From assembly GCA_964016885.1 (NCBI GenBank), contig OZ024746.1, positions 90,086,001 to 90,150,000 on the forward strand: a DNA stretch of 64,000 nt, in the 5' to 3' direction. Source of the stretch: Eledone cirrhosa (taxonomy: Eukaryota). Below are positions 26,620-42,800 of this stretch, piece by piece. The position numbers were made by a program, and so were the translations under genes. Each line of letters begins with the position of its first letter. Within the stretch, counting starts at the first letter, position 1. The notes under the pieces were generated by a model. It did not search any database, had not been told where the DNA came from, and worked only from the letters and a program-made list of their open reading frames with translations.

Positions 26620-27900
26620 TTGAGAACTTACTGTTAGAATGTTCTACCAGTAGCCGATAATCAAGTTTCTTCCTGGTGCTTTCCTATCTTCCAGTTTGCA
26701 ATCACTAATGGTGTATATTTTCGTATAATGCAGTAGCAATTGTTCGTTCGGATCACTCTCCGCCATACTGCATCTTGGTTGAACAACTTTTCGCCTGCAC
26801 ATGTTTTTCTCAAGAACGTATCTATATTTTTATAGGATGTGGTATTTGTGACATTTATTGATTTGCACCTTATCTTCATTGACAGCTGATTGGTTTCGGT
26901 TCTTTCTTCATTTACCTTTCAGACTCTAATTCCACCTATTGTAGTTTGTCGCTAAAAGTTACCAGTTTTTGTTTTGAGGGTCATCAGCTTGATGGGATCT
27001 ACATGTACTGTCTCCAAACATAATTTCTATTTTATTTTTATTCTTTGTTAAGGAAGATAGGATGTTTTTCTTTATGTTTACATGTATAAGCATTGTCACA
27101 CGGTCGATTGATTTTCTGAGGTCAGCAATCGTTATTCTATTTCTTAAATGATGGCATGGTTTAATTGTTTTGTTTATGTTAACATCTCTATTGTTAATTT
27201 GCAAGCGTGTATGGGCATTGATGTTTCGTATATTTTCCCCTCTAATCTTGTCGATAGCATACATAATGTTCTTATTTGTATCATTGTTTATAATTGGGAC
27301 ATCAGGTCTGTTTTCGAGAAAAAGTTGTACACATATTATTCTCTTTACAGAAAGTTTCAGTAAGGATATATTTTAACTGTTAATACATTTCATTTTCGCT
27401 GCTAATTCTAGACGTATAATCATTGACGCTATACTGATATTGATAGTTATAGAAACTGTGAGGTATAGCAGTTAGTCCAGGTAAATGATTTTGTCGTGTC
27501 ACAATTGTCGCCCCCATATCTGTTTCAAGATACTCTTTGTGTAGGCTCGAACTGGCTAGAAGAAACCACAATGAAAGGCTGGCTTGTTGTGACCTTGATT
27601 GTATATCCAAACTAAGAAACAACTTCACACTTATTTCTAAGGGTTCCACAATTCCCTTAATGTTTATGTTATTTCTAAGCTCGATAAACTTTGCTTGTTG
27701 GCGTAATTCTGTGGCTGTGAAATAATTTAGGTCTGGGTAAAATTCGTCCTAGCGTATCTTCAGCCTGTTAATATAGCCAACAGAGCGATCTTTTCTGGCA
27801 TTTTATAACAATTAAGTAGCTCGTTGTTGAGTTCCTAATTCCAAGAAAGAATTGTGAATTATAATTTCTGTTCCTACTGTAACTATAACTAAACATGTTA
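26620..27900 (-). mobile_element. Heavily degraded Penelope-like element (RT + GIY-YIG remnants)
   Basis: Fragments: TDMGATIV (RT MG motif, ~27510), TFSRKQT (thumb RKPT-like, ~27315), IYTI...IG..TRKKL-like (~26660-26720). Abuts (TA)n. Confidence 0.4.
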
Positions 27901-28131
27901 ACCTTTCGCTTTGTTGTTTTACTTCGGTTCAGTGGTATTGAAGGTGATAGTGTCCTGTCCAGCTATATTTTGTAACAAATCCTTGTAAGGGGAATTCATT
28001 ATTTAGATTGATAATTCTATGATCTTGAATAATATGTCGGAGATTTATATTCCAAGAATATCATCAGAAAAATATCAAGTTAACAAGCTCTTGCATTTGT
28101 CTCGGAGATTTATATTACATCCAATGAATAA

Positions 28132-29850
28132 CACCGTGTAACATTTTTTTGTTCCCGGCTCTAAGTGTCATTTCATGTTTTGTTATATCCCATTATTATT
28201 AAAAAAAACACTATTATTTAATCAGAAGTTTGGGTTTGTGGTCAGGAGTTTGATATTTCGAAATTTTCATATTTTTCAAGAAAGAACACATTTTTTAAAA
28301 ATGTATCAGTTCATATAATTAAATCAACAGAGTATATATTTATTTTATTACACAAGCTTATCAAAAGCAAACAAGTAAAAACATATAACACTTATAAAGC
28401 AACTTTTACACGTCAGAAATGACTGGATTTCATGGATTTGCGGTTGTAGTCCAGGTCGCATTCCCGCACTAGCCCCAGATAGTCCCCCATCATTTTTTCA
28501 TTGTAGTGGCCATGGTACCTCTGCTCTATCTATTTCATATCTTGGTGGAATCGTTCGCCTTGTTCTTCTGAGTAGGCGCCCATATTTCCTTGAATTCTTC
28601 CAGGTGAGCGTCCAGCATATGGAGTTTAAGCGACATCTTGCATTCCATGGCGCCAAAAAGCCTTTATCAGATGCTGCACCAGTTGCTGGTAGTTTTCAGC
28701 TCTGTAGTTGCCCAGGAAGCCCGTAACAACTGCCTTGAAACAGTCCCATGCTGTTCTCTCAATCCTATTGAACTTATTGGAGAACTCGTTAGACTCAAAC
28801 ACATTCTTTATCTGCGGTCCAACAAAAATTCCACCTTTGATTTTGGCCTCAGATAACTTGGGGAAGAACTCAAGAAGGTACTTAAAAGCGGCTGAATCTT
28901 GGTTGAGAGCTTTCAGAAGCTGCTTCATCAACCCCAACTTAATGTGCAGTGGCGCCATGAGCACAATCCTGGGATCAACCAGTGGCTCCCACATGACGTT
29001 CCGGGTCCCAACTACAAATTATGTTCGCTGCTCCCAGTTCTTTCTTTTGTAGTGGTCAGAGGTGAATCTGCTGTCCCAAAGGCAGAGGAAACATTGGGAT
29101 TTGATAAAGCCTCCTTGGAGTCCAAGCAGGATAGCCACCATCTTGAAGTCTCCAATGATTTCCCAATTGTACTGGTTGTATTGCAGAGCTTCCAAGAGGA
29201 CTTTCACACTGTAGTAATATTCCTTCAGGTAGACTGAATGAGCTAGGGGCAGTGTGGGGAACTTGTTTCCCTTGTGGAGGAGGACAGCCTTCAAAGTTGT
29301 GGTGGAGCTGGCTATAAATACCCGCCACGCCTTCGGCACAAACGGCACCACAATAACGTCAAACAGTCCAGGCACGTCATGGCAGAAGAAGATCCCATCC
29401 CTAAGAGTGTTAAAGCCTGAGAAAGGTTCGTGTCGACATCTCAGTCTTGTCACCTGCACCTCCTCCTTTACCATGTTCCATGATTCATCCTGGAAACGAA
29501 TGCTTAAAACACAACTTACCCTTTATTCAAGGTGCGAAAATCCAGTATCAATAAATCTCTTTAATCCACGTTTTAACAATTTTATACTTTATTGCACTTT
29601 TACTCTTTATTTTATAATTTTAATTTAACCTGAAACATATATAAAACACTCATTTAACATAAGCAAATTAAAATTATATACAACATAAAATCCAGCATAC
29701 ACATAATTCTAGTGAATAGCTTAGAATGTTTACAAACCAAAACTTTTAACTGTTTAATAGCACTTTTTTTATTTCTTTTGCACCTAAGCAACACAAGAAC
29801 AGTGATTACAAGCCAGGAACAGAGAACACATTTTTTTTTCTTACACGGCG
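28132..29850 (-). mobile_element. Chapaev3-type (CMC superfamily) DNA transposon, internally deleted
   Basis: Imperfect TIRs caccgtgtaa...gttcccggct / agccaggaac...ttacacggcg. TAA on both sides (28129-28131, 29851-29853) is a 3 bp TSD. Transposase remnant inside. Confidence 0.85.
28410..29474 (-). pseudogene. Chapaev3-like DDE transposase, frameshifted C-terminal two-thirds
   Basis: Motifs LKAVLLHKGN, GDFKMVAILLGLQGG..K..CFLCLWDSR, PLHIKLGLMKQ, FVGPQI, MSLKLH and YSEEQGERFHQDM are spread over three frames with stops. Confidence 0.85.
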
Positions 29851-30441
29851 TAATCTGCCACGTAAAAATACGATTTCTCGCATCGATTTTATGTATGTAT
29901 GTATGCATGTATATACGTGTGTATCTGTATATGTTCTTTTATGAGTGCGTATGTATCCTTGTGTTAGAATTCATCACATGCACCTTCGAATAATTAATCA
30001 TTATATTGATTTAATTTAATTAATTTATGTTTTAATGAACATCGTTCTCAACAAATTACATCTCCTCCGGAAAATCCTTCACCTGGTTACGTATCCTCCC
30101 ATAACGTATAATCTGACTAGAAAACAAGTTCTATTCTAAAGATATTGATGTACAGCGTGATGCGGAAACCATTCAAGCTACCTTAAAGCTAAAATAATTA
30201 GACGTATTGTAGACTTTTATCACAATCAGCTCACTGCTTCTCTTAGGACAGATACATTTTAACAACGGTGATGGAAAATTAAAGGGCACTGGCATGGACG
30301 TATTGTGAATGAAATAACAATGAAAGTTTTCAGGATGCATCTATTCATGTTTAGCTGGTCTCCTACCGAGTTGACTCTCTAAATAGGTTTCTCATGTGTT
30401 TCAATGGAATGGGTACCGGTACTATCATGACAGAAAACATG

Positions 30442-30481
30442 TAATGAGTGAGCATGTATTCATGTACATGCTCACTCATTA
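30442..30481. repeat. Perfect 17 bp hairpin with 6 nt loop
   Basis: taatgagtgagcatgta-ttcatg-tacatgctcactcatta. Confidence 0.9.
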
Positions 30482-33089
30482 TATAACGGACAATTCAGTT
30501 CTGAATTTGAACCCCTGATATTATGATCACAGGGTCCAACTACTCTTACTCCCGTTTTGGGAATATCGTACTATCAATAGATAAGTATAATTGGCTTATA
30601 TGATTTGACGTTGCCCATGAAAAGTAAAACAGGAAAAGCTGAAGAATTTGCATATATACAGCACATTATATTGATTCTGTTAAGCTATATAAGGTTCTTT
30701 TATCCATGATAAAACACGGAAGCAAATGTAATACCGTTTGATGGCACTGAAAGTAGATGACAAACGTATTGCTTGTAATTAGAGTATAATCCTATAGATT
30801 CTCTGATATTTATCATTCAATTAATTCAACAAAACTTTCGTATGAAATACTGTAATAATCTTTTTTTTATCTGTTACGCACGAAATGAGAGGAAGTTGAT
30901 AAACATTGGTTTCAGCTTGCTAAATTTGCTATCACTTGCAATAATGTATTGTTACCTTTTAATTATTTAAAGAAACATATAACGTGAACATTTCATTGCA
31001 TTTTCCTGTTTTCGCTTTTCCCCCAATGAATTGTTATTGAATTATTGGCTTCTTGAAAATGTATACATTGCTTTATTCAATCGATATAGCTTTAAAGAAT
31101 ATGATTATCTCTTCGTAAAATCTTAAATATTGAGTCCAAATTGGTTTTCTATAGTTACAAATGTTTATAACGAATCATAGTTGGATAATCTTCGAAAATA
31201 AATAAATATATTCAAGCAAATTCCTTTTTTATGGGGTAAATGCACTCGTCATTATGTAAATGAATTAATTTGATTTCAACATGTGTAGGTGTAATAAGTA
31301 ATCATGATTTTGAATTTATTATTTTATGACCATTGTTCTCAACCAACATATATTTTGAAAATATTGACTATTATCATTACTTCCTCTTCACCACATATCT
31401 CAAGTAATTTACTTTATATCTCCATATATGTGTTTTTAACATTATTTGACTCATGGCCACCACATTGAGCTGTGTTGAGATATAACGAAATAATATTTAG
31501 ATTTACTTAAATCTTGGCTCAGATAATATTCAAGGAAAATCCATTGTTTATATGAAAGTTACATGTTTAAAGCATCAATCATTTTTAAATACTGTAAGTA
31601 ACTGTCCAAGTACATTTTCAAGTGTTTCATCCCGGTCTAGACAATTTCTCATACTGTAATTATAAAGTGTTTACAAAGATTCATTCGTAAACTGCTATAT
31701 GCTATGACTTTCCTCAAACAGCCAAGATTCTGCTTCAAGTTTCAAGCTAGGTAAAATGTGAGTGAGTCTCCATTTCAAAAGCCGAGCACACGGTCATGTA
31801 ATTATAAGAGGCCCGTAGTGATGAGGATCAGCTGAGTTAAATGTTGATGTGTAGATTGATTCATTTATGAATATGCCATGTTTGGTATAATGAATCCTAT
31901 ATATTACAGCACAGATATAGACAGGTGATGTCAAGCGAAATGACAAGTGTCTTATAAAATATTTATTGATTTTCTCAAATCCAATCTAAAGTTGAATATG
32001 AAATTAACTTTGATTTGATTTTGCAGTTGAGATACCTATGAGGGAAGAAATGTAGAGGTATAAATGGAATGCATTTGGCGGTTTCCCACTTCATGAGTAC
32101 CCAAGCGTAGTAAAGGTTATATTCAATAATTGACAATCTTCCCTCATCTACGCCATTTATTCAAATGAATGTTGGCTGAAATACAATACAATACGAGTCT
32201 ATTTCTCACGATAGCACTTATCAGTTTGAACGGTTATCAATAGAAACATGTGTACTCAAGGAATGGATGAATAAAACCCACATATTGATTTTAAATATAT
32301 GCCTCGTATATTTTATAGTTCATACATTTTTTAGCATATCAGAGACGCTGTTGGATTTGATAACAAAAATGGGACGTGCCATATAAAACATATCTTACCT
32401 TTACCGGGAAAGTTGAGGTAATTGGTTTCGTCCTCATTAATATAATTAGTATTGCATCTACATTCCCCAAAAAAGTTTTCTGATGATCCTTTTGTTGGTT
32501 TAAATGGTCCAATAACTCATGAATTTGTGTGTTGGACATGAGTATGTGTCTCTCTGTATTAATAATTTGTCCGGAACAACCGACCTTCTCAGTGATTAAT
32601 GTATATACATTTTGTTTTAACACTTTATATTACTACAATCAGAGTAGAAGGCACACATGTGGATGGACGGGCAATAGTTTGGAAGCTATGACATATGCCT
32701 AGATCACTAAACATAGATGTCGAAGCCGTCGGGACAGGAAGTACAGGAATGGGTGCTTCCTAACCCATTTATGGCAACTACAAGCCGAAATCCACGAGCG
32801 TATGCCAGATTTGTACAGCCACATCTTGGCAGACGTCTACTGAAACTGGCAGCAGAACGTGATACAGAGTGACATATAAATAGACACTCACACTCAAGTA
32901 CAGAGCCACATATAAATATATAAATACATATACCAACTGAGAGAATTACAGATTAACATTGTAATTAAACGTAATGCTAGAAATGTGTGATTAGGACAAG
33001 GCAATTAGGGTTCCTAATAAATTAAACAGATCAATGACATAGTCATGAAGTACTATCATACATGTATGTATGTCTGTGTGTATGTGTGC

Positions 33090-33122
<33 letters not shown>

Positions 33123-33126
<4 letters not shown>

Positions 33127-33325
33127 GAAGGAGGTGTGGTAAGGAAGCAGATACACCATAACGCACCAGAGTACTCAATACGTAGGGTAGTAGAGTGGGT
33201 AATAGAATCATGTTTGACACCGACGGCAGAGCTCAAGCCGTTTCGACGGCTATTTCTGGAGTATTTTAATCCAGAAATAGCCGTCGAAACGGCTTGAGCT
33301 CTGCCGTCGGGGACAATCATTTTAC
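33123..33325. mobile_element. Fold-back family F
   Basis: Arms ~33220-33260 / 33270-33311 with a 9 nt loop; (TA)n on both sides. Confidence 0.8.
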
Positions 33326-33331
33326 TATATA

Positions 33332-33382
<51 letters not shown>

Positions 33383-34016
33383 CATCAGTAAATAATAATG
33401 CATAATTAATATATTTATATTGAACATGATGGAAAGCTTCGAGATCATTTTCTCCAAATGGAAATGTTGCCGAAGTCTTTTATGATCACTGAAAAATAGT
33501 TTTCGTTAAGAAATAAGTGCGTAAGATATTCTTTATATCGTTAAACCCCTCTCACCAAATAGACTGATGGAATATCACTGATTATTTCAGCTATTGATGT
33601 ATATATAGCTTCTTTCAAAGACTATATTTTTTTATCTGTTTCTTTTGGCAAATATGTCATTAATATTCTATGTATGAAACAACATTACTTGGTTTTCAGT
33701 TGTAAGTTATTGTCTTTCCCCACATATTCCCTAGCATAGTGCGAAGGAAGGGATTAAGAAGTGAAAAAAAAAAGAAAATTCCCGTAGATATAAGAAAGAC
33801 TAATCGAAAACATACAGTATCATTCAGCCTTCTATGTATTCATTTTCTATCGTGTCATTGCTTTTTTTTTATTGTTATTATTACAAATAGCTGTCTCGTA
33901 CTTAATATGTTTGCGTAGCTGCTTTAAGTGATAAAAGACATACAGTAAACGCATAAAATCTACAAATAAACGATCGCGCATATAAACATAATTCTTCTTC
34001 TTCTTCTGCGGCTCTG

Positions 34017-34020
<4 letters not shown>

Positions 34021-34047
<27 letters not shown>

Positions 34048-34400
34048 TGCTACTACTACTACTACTACTGCTACTACTACTACTACTACTACTACTTCGC
34101 TCACTAATTCCTGAGAGGATCGTGGGGGGCAGAGCCCTCAACCACGCATCAAAGCGTATCCTGTCAGAAACGACCGGCTGGATCCCCAAGCGACATCAAC
34201 CTAGCTCTTCAATGCTATCCAATCCCCTTGCTCTGCGAAAATATGGCTTGGGGATCCAGCTTGTAAACATAGTGTCAAACGATATGCCCGATAGTGTATA
34301 CAGAACTTGGTATTTAATGCGTTCGGGTAACTTTAATATGTGCGCTGCCTTTTTTGTGTTTTGCTGTCATTGACCGATATTGAATAATTTTAAATTAGAG
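34021..34400 (-). mobile_element. 3' end of an RTE-like LINE with (AGT)n tail
   Basis: Minus-strand IGHIV, WIPKPYFRRARG and SDRIRF resemble the RTE C-terminus. Directly followed by (AGT)n at 34021-34096. Confidence 0.55.
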
Positions 34401-34772
34401 TCTGACAAGCTAACGACATTTATTTTTGTGATTCATTCCTTTGAAGGAACGTAACATGTGTAACGTTTAAGCAACACAATCCACATGTTCTCAAGTAGCA
34501 TCATATGATGTTTAGCAATACATCTATTGATAACAACATTTTATGTTTATTTAATTTAATAATAACATTCTTAGGGAACTGTCGGTTTTACTGTCCAACA
34601 ATGCGTCTGTGTGGGCTGTGCGCCTCACAGAGTCTTTGCTCTATGATGCGACCTTGTAGTCATTAATTGTAGCACCGCTTCAATCACTCGCTCTCTCTCT
34701 CTCACTCATACTCACTCCCTTTCTCTACCTCTCCCTTTGTGTCACCACCATCGTCTTTATCTCCCCTCCTTC

Positions 34773-35661
<889 letters not shown>

Positions 35662-35668
35662 TTAATTA

Positions 35669-35832
35669 CGGTATTTCCTGGTGCCGAAGACATTTCGTCC
35701 TCGAGGACGCAAACTTATTCTGACAACCAAAAATTTGAAAGAAATATAAAACCTTCCGCCTCCAGGACGCATGGTCGATTTTTGAGAAATATTTTTGTAA
35801 AAAGGTACCGTCTTCGACGCCGGTAAATACGG
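35669..35832. mobile_element. Tc1/mariner (Tc2/pogo-like) MITE, 164 bp
   Basis: TIRs cggtatttcctggtgccgaagac / gtcttcgacgccggtaaatacgg, TA on both sides, internal aggacgca repeats. Confidence 0.65.
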
Positions 35833-36814
35833 TATCTCTAGAACTATCTTTTATTCATAAATATTTATACACATGCATATATATATATATATATATATTA
35901 ATATATACCTTGTCGCATCCAACGTTGAAATATATAACACTCAATGCGTTCGCTTCAAATATATTACAGCCTTGATAAATTGTCAACATTTTGGTGAAAA
36001 TTTGTTAAGCAGTTATCGGGTATTCCATCAAGTTATATTCCCATGGTGCTATAGAGCAGCCATATCTAATTAGCTTTAGTGCAAATATATCAATATACAA
36101 AGGAGATAATTGAGAAGAAAGCGGATATTTTACTGCCCTAAGAATATTCTATTTACAAATACAGCCGAAATAATTATTTTAATATAATGCAATTTATTCA
36201 CTATAATACTGACAACGACTTGCCTCGTATCATTCTTGTATTATATTCCTTAATACTTATAATTAAAAAAATGGTGTAGTCTGTGCAATTAGAAGTTTGT
36301 ACATAGTTAAGCATATAAACCCCCACTAAATTATTTCGAGTACAATGGCCAAATACACTTCATTTATATCGGCACAAAGGAAAATCATTATCAATATATA
36401 GATTCAAGCGATACAACACAGGTGACAAACACACAAGCTATAAACAAGGAAGTTGTAGTAGAGAAAACATGAGAACAATTGCAAACATAACAATTTAATT
36501 GAGATTCTCTAATTAAATTGAAATGTTCTATTGTATTTAAGAATGTATCCTGCTACGTAGTTATTCGTTAATTCCCATTGAGGTATTATATTCGTGCGTT
36601 TCTTATATTCAATAGTTTGTATATACATGGGTACACACAAACAGGTAGATATATTTATATATACATAGATATATTCAGATAGAGATATGGCATCTTGTAT
36701 ATCAATATATATATTACATACACTCAGGCACATATATAGCCATTAACCCACATATACACGCACTTACACCCGCACTTACACACACACATGCACACGTATA
36801 TATATATATATAAA

Positions 36815-36861
<47 letters not shown>

Positions 36862-36927
36862 ATACATACATATGAGAATGCGTCTGCACATGTGTTCTGT
36901 AAAATCACGCAAACGTAACGAAGAAAT

Positions 36928-37023
36928 TATTATTTCTAATTTTGTCACAAGGCCACCAATTACCAAGTGCATTACTGGTACTTTATGTTATCTACCCCGT
37001 AAGGATGAAAGGCAAAGTTACCA
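36928..37023 (-). mobile_element. SINE 3' fragment
   Basis: cacaaggccaccaattac...ccccgtaaggatgaaaggcaaagttac. Confidence 0.75.
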
Positions 37024-39580
37024 TGAAGAAGAAATAATGTATATTAGAATATTATATTGGATATATTTCTTTTAACATATGAAAGGTTTCTATTTAGATA
37101 TATAAGAACTTATTACAAACAATCATATTTACAGTAGTATGAATAACATTACAAATATTGATGGGAATAAGAAAATCAAAGATAAATAGAAACAAGCCCC
37201 GAACAGAGAGGGATCGGGAATGAATGGCAGATCTGGCTGCATTGGAAAGTAAAGGAAATGGATATACATGCTGTACATGAGAGAAAAAGGAGGGAAAAAG
37301 CAAGGACTATTAAGCTAGGGAAGAAATGGAATAGTTTGTCGCAGAAGTATGGTTCAACGTGAAAGTTTGCCTGTGGTTCTACGTCATTTCAATGATATAC
37401 CCATTGGCCTTTATACTGCGAAAGAATGAAATAAAGGTGCATGTTATAGGACACCAGAAACCACATCCTAACACAGTTTCTTTGTGCACGTTTTCACAGT
37501 GCATACCAATACTATGAACAAAAATATTGACGTAGTTATGAGGTTATGAATTATAGGGACGGAGTTTGGCCAGGATAGATGTACTTGCATGTTTGTAATT
37601 CTTAGAAAACCTACAAGCCAGTCTACTAATACATCTATCAATTGTCGGCGTGTCTTGCCAATATATCACGTGAAAAAAACCCAGATATATAATAAAAAGG
37701 TTATATGAGTCACGTAACACCCGGGAAATGACAATATGTTCCTCAAAACACTTTGGGTACAATACCTAGCGTCCCACTATTTACTTCATTTACTATTACT
37801 AGTAAGAGCTTTTGGATAACCTGACTATAGATGAGACCCGAGTGATTGAAATTTTCTAATAGGGAACGGAAAGTTCAGATCAACAGTAACATCATCTAAG
37901 AGTACAACGTGTAAACAGTGAGAGACTTCCTTATCATAGATCCACACAGATTCTGAATGTCGTAAACTATATCTTCCCAAACAAGTTTAGCTACCAAGCT
38001 CCAGGATCCGTCAACGGGACAAATCTGTCTACACGAAGCTGATAATATCATAAGAACTGGAAGGTGGTTTGCGAAAAGTACTTATTGAATGATGACCAAA
38101 CGTAGACGCATAGAGAAGTTACGCAGCGTACCGCAACAAATTATGCGATATATTTATGTGTGCTAATCAGTGGAAATCATGCAGTAATATATTAACATAA
38201 TGGTTCAAATTGAGAGTAATATCAATTACCAAAATAAATTTAGTCTACCTTCGATGAATAACCGGTGTATTTCTTCTCAGTTTGAAATATATGGATTTAT
38301 TATCAAGGAAAGCGAAACACAAATGAAATGCACGAAGAAAAAATATAATAGAGAGGCTGGTAAACCATCTAGATGCGACATAATATGTATATCCGGGAAA
38401 TAAACACAAAAAATGACTCTCATTTCATAAGCAACTGTTGACACGAATTATAAGTATGAGGCGAATCTATGAATCATACTGTAGAAAGGATATTCCTGAA
38501 GATAAACACATAACCATACTGAGTATGTAATGATTAGTATCGTTATGTAATGCATATATATAATTCATCGTAATACAGCAAGTAGTAATAGAAAGAGTAC
38601 TATAAAATATACCTGGATAGAGCTCAGTAAAACGTATGGGACTGTGAATAATAGACACATTAGTGGAGATCAGGTATGTATAATATGCTATAAAAATCAG
38701 AGAATATTAAAAACTCTATGTCGAAGTAATTACGAACACCAAATTCTCGACCGTGAAAATAGTTTTGCATTTGTATCTATGATCATAAGAGAACATATAT
38801 ACGTTGCTATATGCCTCAACATGAATTTTCAGAAGCCGAACTTCCCAGAATCAGAACAAGAAAACTACTAAGGAAATTATAAATAAAATTATTTAATGTA
38901 AATGTGTATTTACGTAATGGATTATTTTAGATTCGCGAGTAATAACAGCATATACATAACTACAGATATAAAATTATATGTAGATGTCAACGTATATATG
39001 GAAAACTATCGAGAGATCCACGCACTCAATGATATTCATAGGCCCACATATATATAACTACTTAGTTGTTGTTGTCTAATGACAAACGAAAGAGCTTTGT
39101 GAGTGTGTTATGACAAGCTTGCACTCTCGTGGCAAGAATAAACAAACATTGGAGTAAACTATATATAAACACATTCATACAAATACATACAGACACCCCA
39201 CCTCATATATATATATATATATATAATAAGGGTTGACGGACCCAGCATATTTATGTCAGTACCGGTTGTATCTCAGCGCACTCCATGGGCAATGTAAGAT
39301 ACATTACCAGAGTATAAACATAGTTATTTGCTTCAACACAACACACGTAAAATGGCTGCCTATGAGGTTCCCGGACTCGAGTTTCTGCTGCACTAATGCA
39401 GCATTAAGGTGCACTGCACCATCCGTCTGCATATATTATGCAACAATGCACAATTGACTTATGCGGCTTAGACAGCGGGTATCGCCTAATCAATAACCAA
39501 TCGATCTACAGAATCCTAAGACCAGTCTAACCCGGACATGTCTGTGTGTGACGACTGACACGGTAAAGCTATTAGCAACT

Positions 39581-39673
<93 letters not shown>

Positions 39674-39678
39674 ATATA

Positions 39679-39820
<142 letters not shown>

Positions 39821-42800
39821 CCCACATATATATATATATATATAAAGTTATGTTAGTGTTCGCTATGTAAAAGGATAATGGTCACGGCAAATACAGTAAT
39901 TTTGCTCGATATATAACTTTACTGACTTTCAGCAAAACGGAAAAAGAATACGTGTTTATTCTAATACGTTCGATTACAATATGACACATTGTTTCATGAT
40001 GTACATACCAGCATACATAGTAGTAAGCGCGCAGTGCAAGGAAGCTGTGCTATCTATACAAAGAGGCAGATGATTCCCGTAGGTGGTTGAAGGGCCGATG
40101 GCGGAATATCTGCCGTAGTGTCTTGCTAGGTGATACATCTCGCTACTCGCTTGAGCTGGTCGAAGTGATGCTTCCCCAACGAGTTACCATTCATACCTAA
40201 ATGCATATATATATATAACTAGCTATATATATATAACTACATACACACATACGCACACACACACATACGCACACACGCACGCACACACACACACAGATAT
40301 ACACACACATATACTTGTATGCAATGGTACATTTAGACCTACATACATGTATGTAAACAACTGTTTAAACACAGGAACCTTCAAACTGAGATATCCAAAT
40401 CTCATCCACTCTTATTCTGAAACCTTAAGAGAAAAATGGAACCTCCATATCAAAAGTCCTCGTTATTGAACGGAAAATATTATAAGGTCAAATATGTAGT
40501 TGGAAGATTTCTAGGATATGTCTCATATATGGAAAAAATATGAGTATATTATATTGTAGCCTCCATTTGAATTATTTTCATGAAACTGTACTAATTACAC
40601 GCAATAAGAAACCAATGATGTAAAACGAAATTACCTTTTAATATTAGAGCAGCATTTTCATTTTGAAATAGCACAAACTTGAAACACCTAGAAATTCCAA
40701 TTCTGTGCAAACTAATTATAATTAGACAGGAATAATTAGTTGCAAGATAGGAGTAGTGTATCTAAATATAAACTATCTACATAGTTCTGCATATGTGTAT
40801 ATGATTGTATAAAAGCTTCAGTCACGTCCCCCCTCAGAAAATATGCATATGTACATTATATCTCCATTGTTTGTTTAATGTATTCACTTATATATATATA
40901 TATACGGTTTGGATTTTAATATACGTACGACAATACATTATAACAGTGTGACTTTTCTCCGTGGTAAATTGTGCTAAAATCTAATAAATAAAAGCCGACT
41001 GTTGTACTTTCACTTCAAACAATCATCATGTTGTGGATCAGTTTAATTTGTTGGATTAATTTACGAATTGTTACTGCTGCCAATCACGATACGTTTGTTT
41101 GAGACATTAAAATCAATGTTTGGGTCAGTAGTCGTCTCCAACACGTTTTCGAACGTTGATAAATTTGCTAATTGCCAGTAAAGTCTGAGATGTATACCTC
41201 ATCTGAATCATTATTCAGCCTTTGCATACGCAATGTTTAACAAGGCAAGTAACACAGATTATTATAATTCCATAGCAGAATATATTCAGAAACATATAAA
41301 CATATCAATTAAAATATACCGATTCATCCCACATAATACTCTTTCCAAAAATTATAGTGTAAAACCCCATGTCATATTCCGTTAAAGCTTAAATCCATAT
41401 GTCCTGCTGAATTCGCTTCAATGTATTAATGTACATATAGATTTAACTGATCTTGAAATATAACAAGTTTTATTCTGATTGCTATTGAATTCCCCAACTG
41501 ATACACAATCGGAATTCATACATAAATACATAATATTTTCTAACCCATAAATATGATAACCCGCTATATATGTAGTACAATTGGCACAATGATCATGCAA
41601 ATCTTCAGATTTATCTAGACAATGTGTAATGGGAAAACAGGGCAGTTAATATTACCAGCAAACTAGCATCTATAGATATGAGTTTAAAATAACCTGATCT
41701 TTGAGATATATTTACATATATTGAAGGCAAAACCCCACATACACTGTAAATATACTGATTAACATTCTACTCATAATTTTGATTTGTCGTGGCAAACTGT
41801 TATTTTATGGAGATATGCATTTTACCGAGGTTGCCAATATATCATCCCTTTGGTATTAGTTTCGGGTTCTATTCACTCGTTACACAATTTAATCAAGTAA
41901 ATTTTACAAACAACTTCGAGCTAAAATCCAGCATCTTTGATTTATCTGTCGCAGTGATATTAACACCTTGGATGAAGCCACAAGGTGGTCCTTCTTTGTG
42001 TGATATCTAATCCATAGCTCTCATTTCACTCAAGTTTCAAGACTGATGATAGATCTTTATATTTGCATATCACCTCTAATTAAGTTTTGATTACTGGTAT
42101 CTTATTCATGTTTTAGAAAGTATTGCAATGCACATGCACATTGTCAATCTGCATTCAACTGAGATATTAATGAAATAAAGGATGTGGAATATAATATCTT
42201 ACTATCGAATTTAAAAGAAACATACATTTTTTAAAAATATAGGCTCAACAAATATCGGTTTTATAGTACCTCTAAAGAACTATTAGTTTACTGTATTCTA
42301 TTCTGTGCCATTCAATCGACAAATTAGGCATAGTTAAAACAGGATGACATACTAGACACCATAGTTCATTTTATTTAGCTACATATTCTCGAGAGTTTGT
42401 GAACTGCGAATCTATTTCGATAAAAACTACATAGATGTGTCTATAGGGAAAGTAAAACTGGTCGTTATCAGAAGATTCCAATCCCTACCATTTTCTACAA
42501 GTAGCTGTGAAACTACTCTAGTATCTCCATTCTGTCCGGCGGGGCTATGGGGCGGCCAGTACGTGGGATGTCATTTGTTCATAATACAATGAGATGGAGG
42601 GGGAGAGATGGAGACGATGGCAGTGGAAGTTCGTCTCTTCCGTGTTCGGACACATTGCATCTGTCATGTGGATCATGTGAGATTTTTCTAGAAATCTGTA
42701 GTGCAATATTACATTTTTTTATCAGAAATCTTTCGTGATAAGTATACGACTGATCGATGTTTATTCGAAAATAGAAATAGTATTATTTCCTGTAATGTAT

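Noticed and set aside
33902-34189. Poly-Ser/poly-Val ORFs
   Set aside because: Derived from the (AGT)n tail of a LINE fragment.
39545-39585. HHR-like GTGACGA-ctg..cgg-TAAAGC in TA-flanked insert 39230-39583
   Set aside because: Two core mismatches and no stem I or NUH; not distinguishable from chance.
39995-40200. GC-richer islands, possible old SINE/LINE pieces (also 32655-32880, 45990-46200)
   Set aside because: No promoter boxes, coding motifs or second copy recognised in this window.
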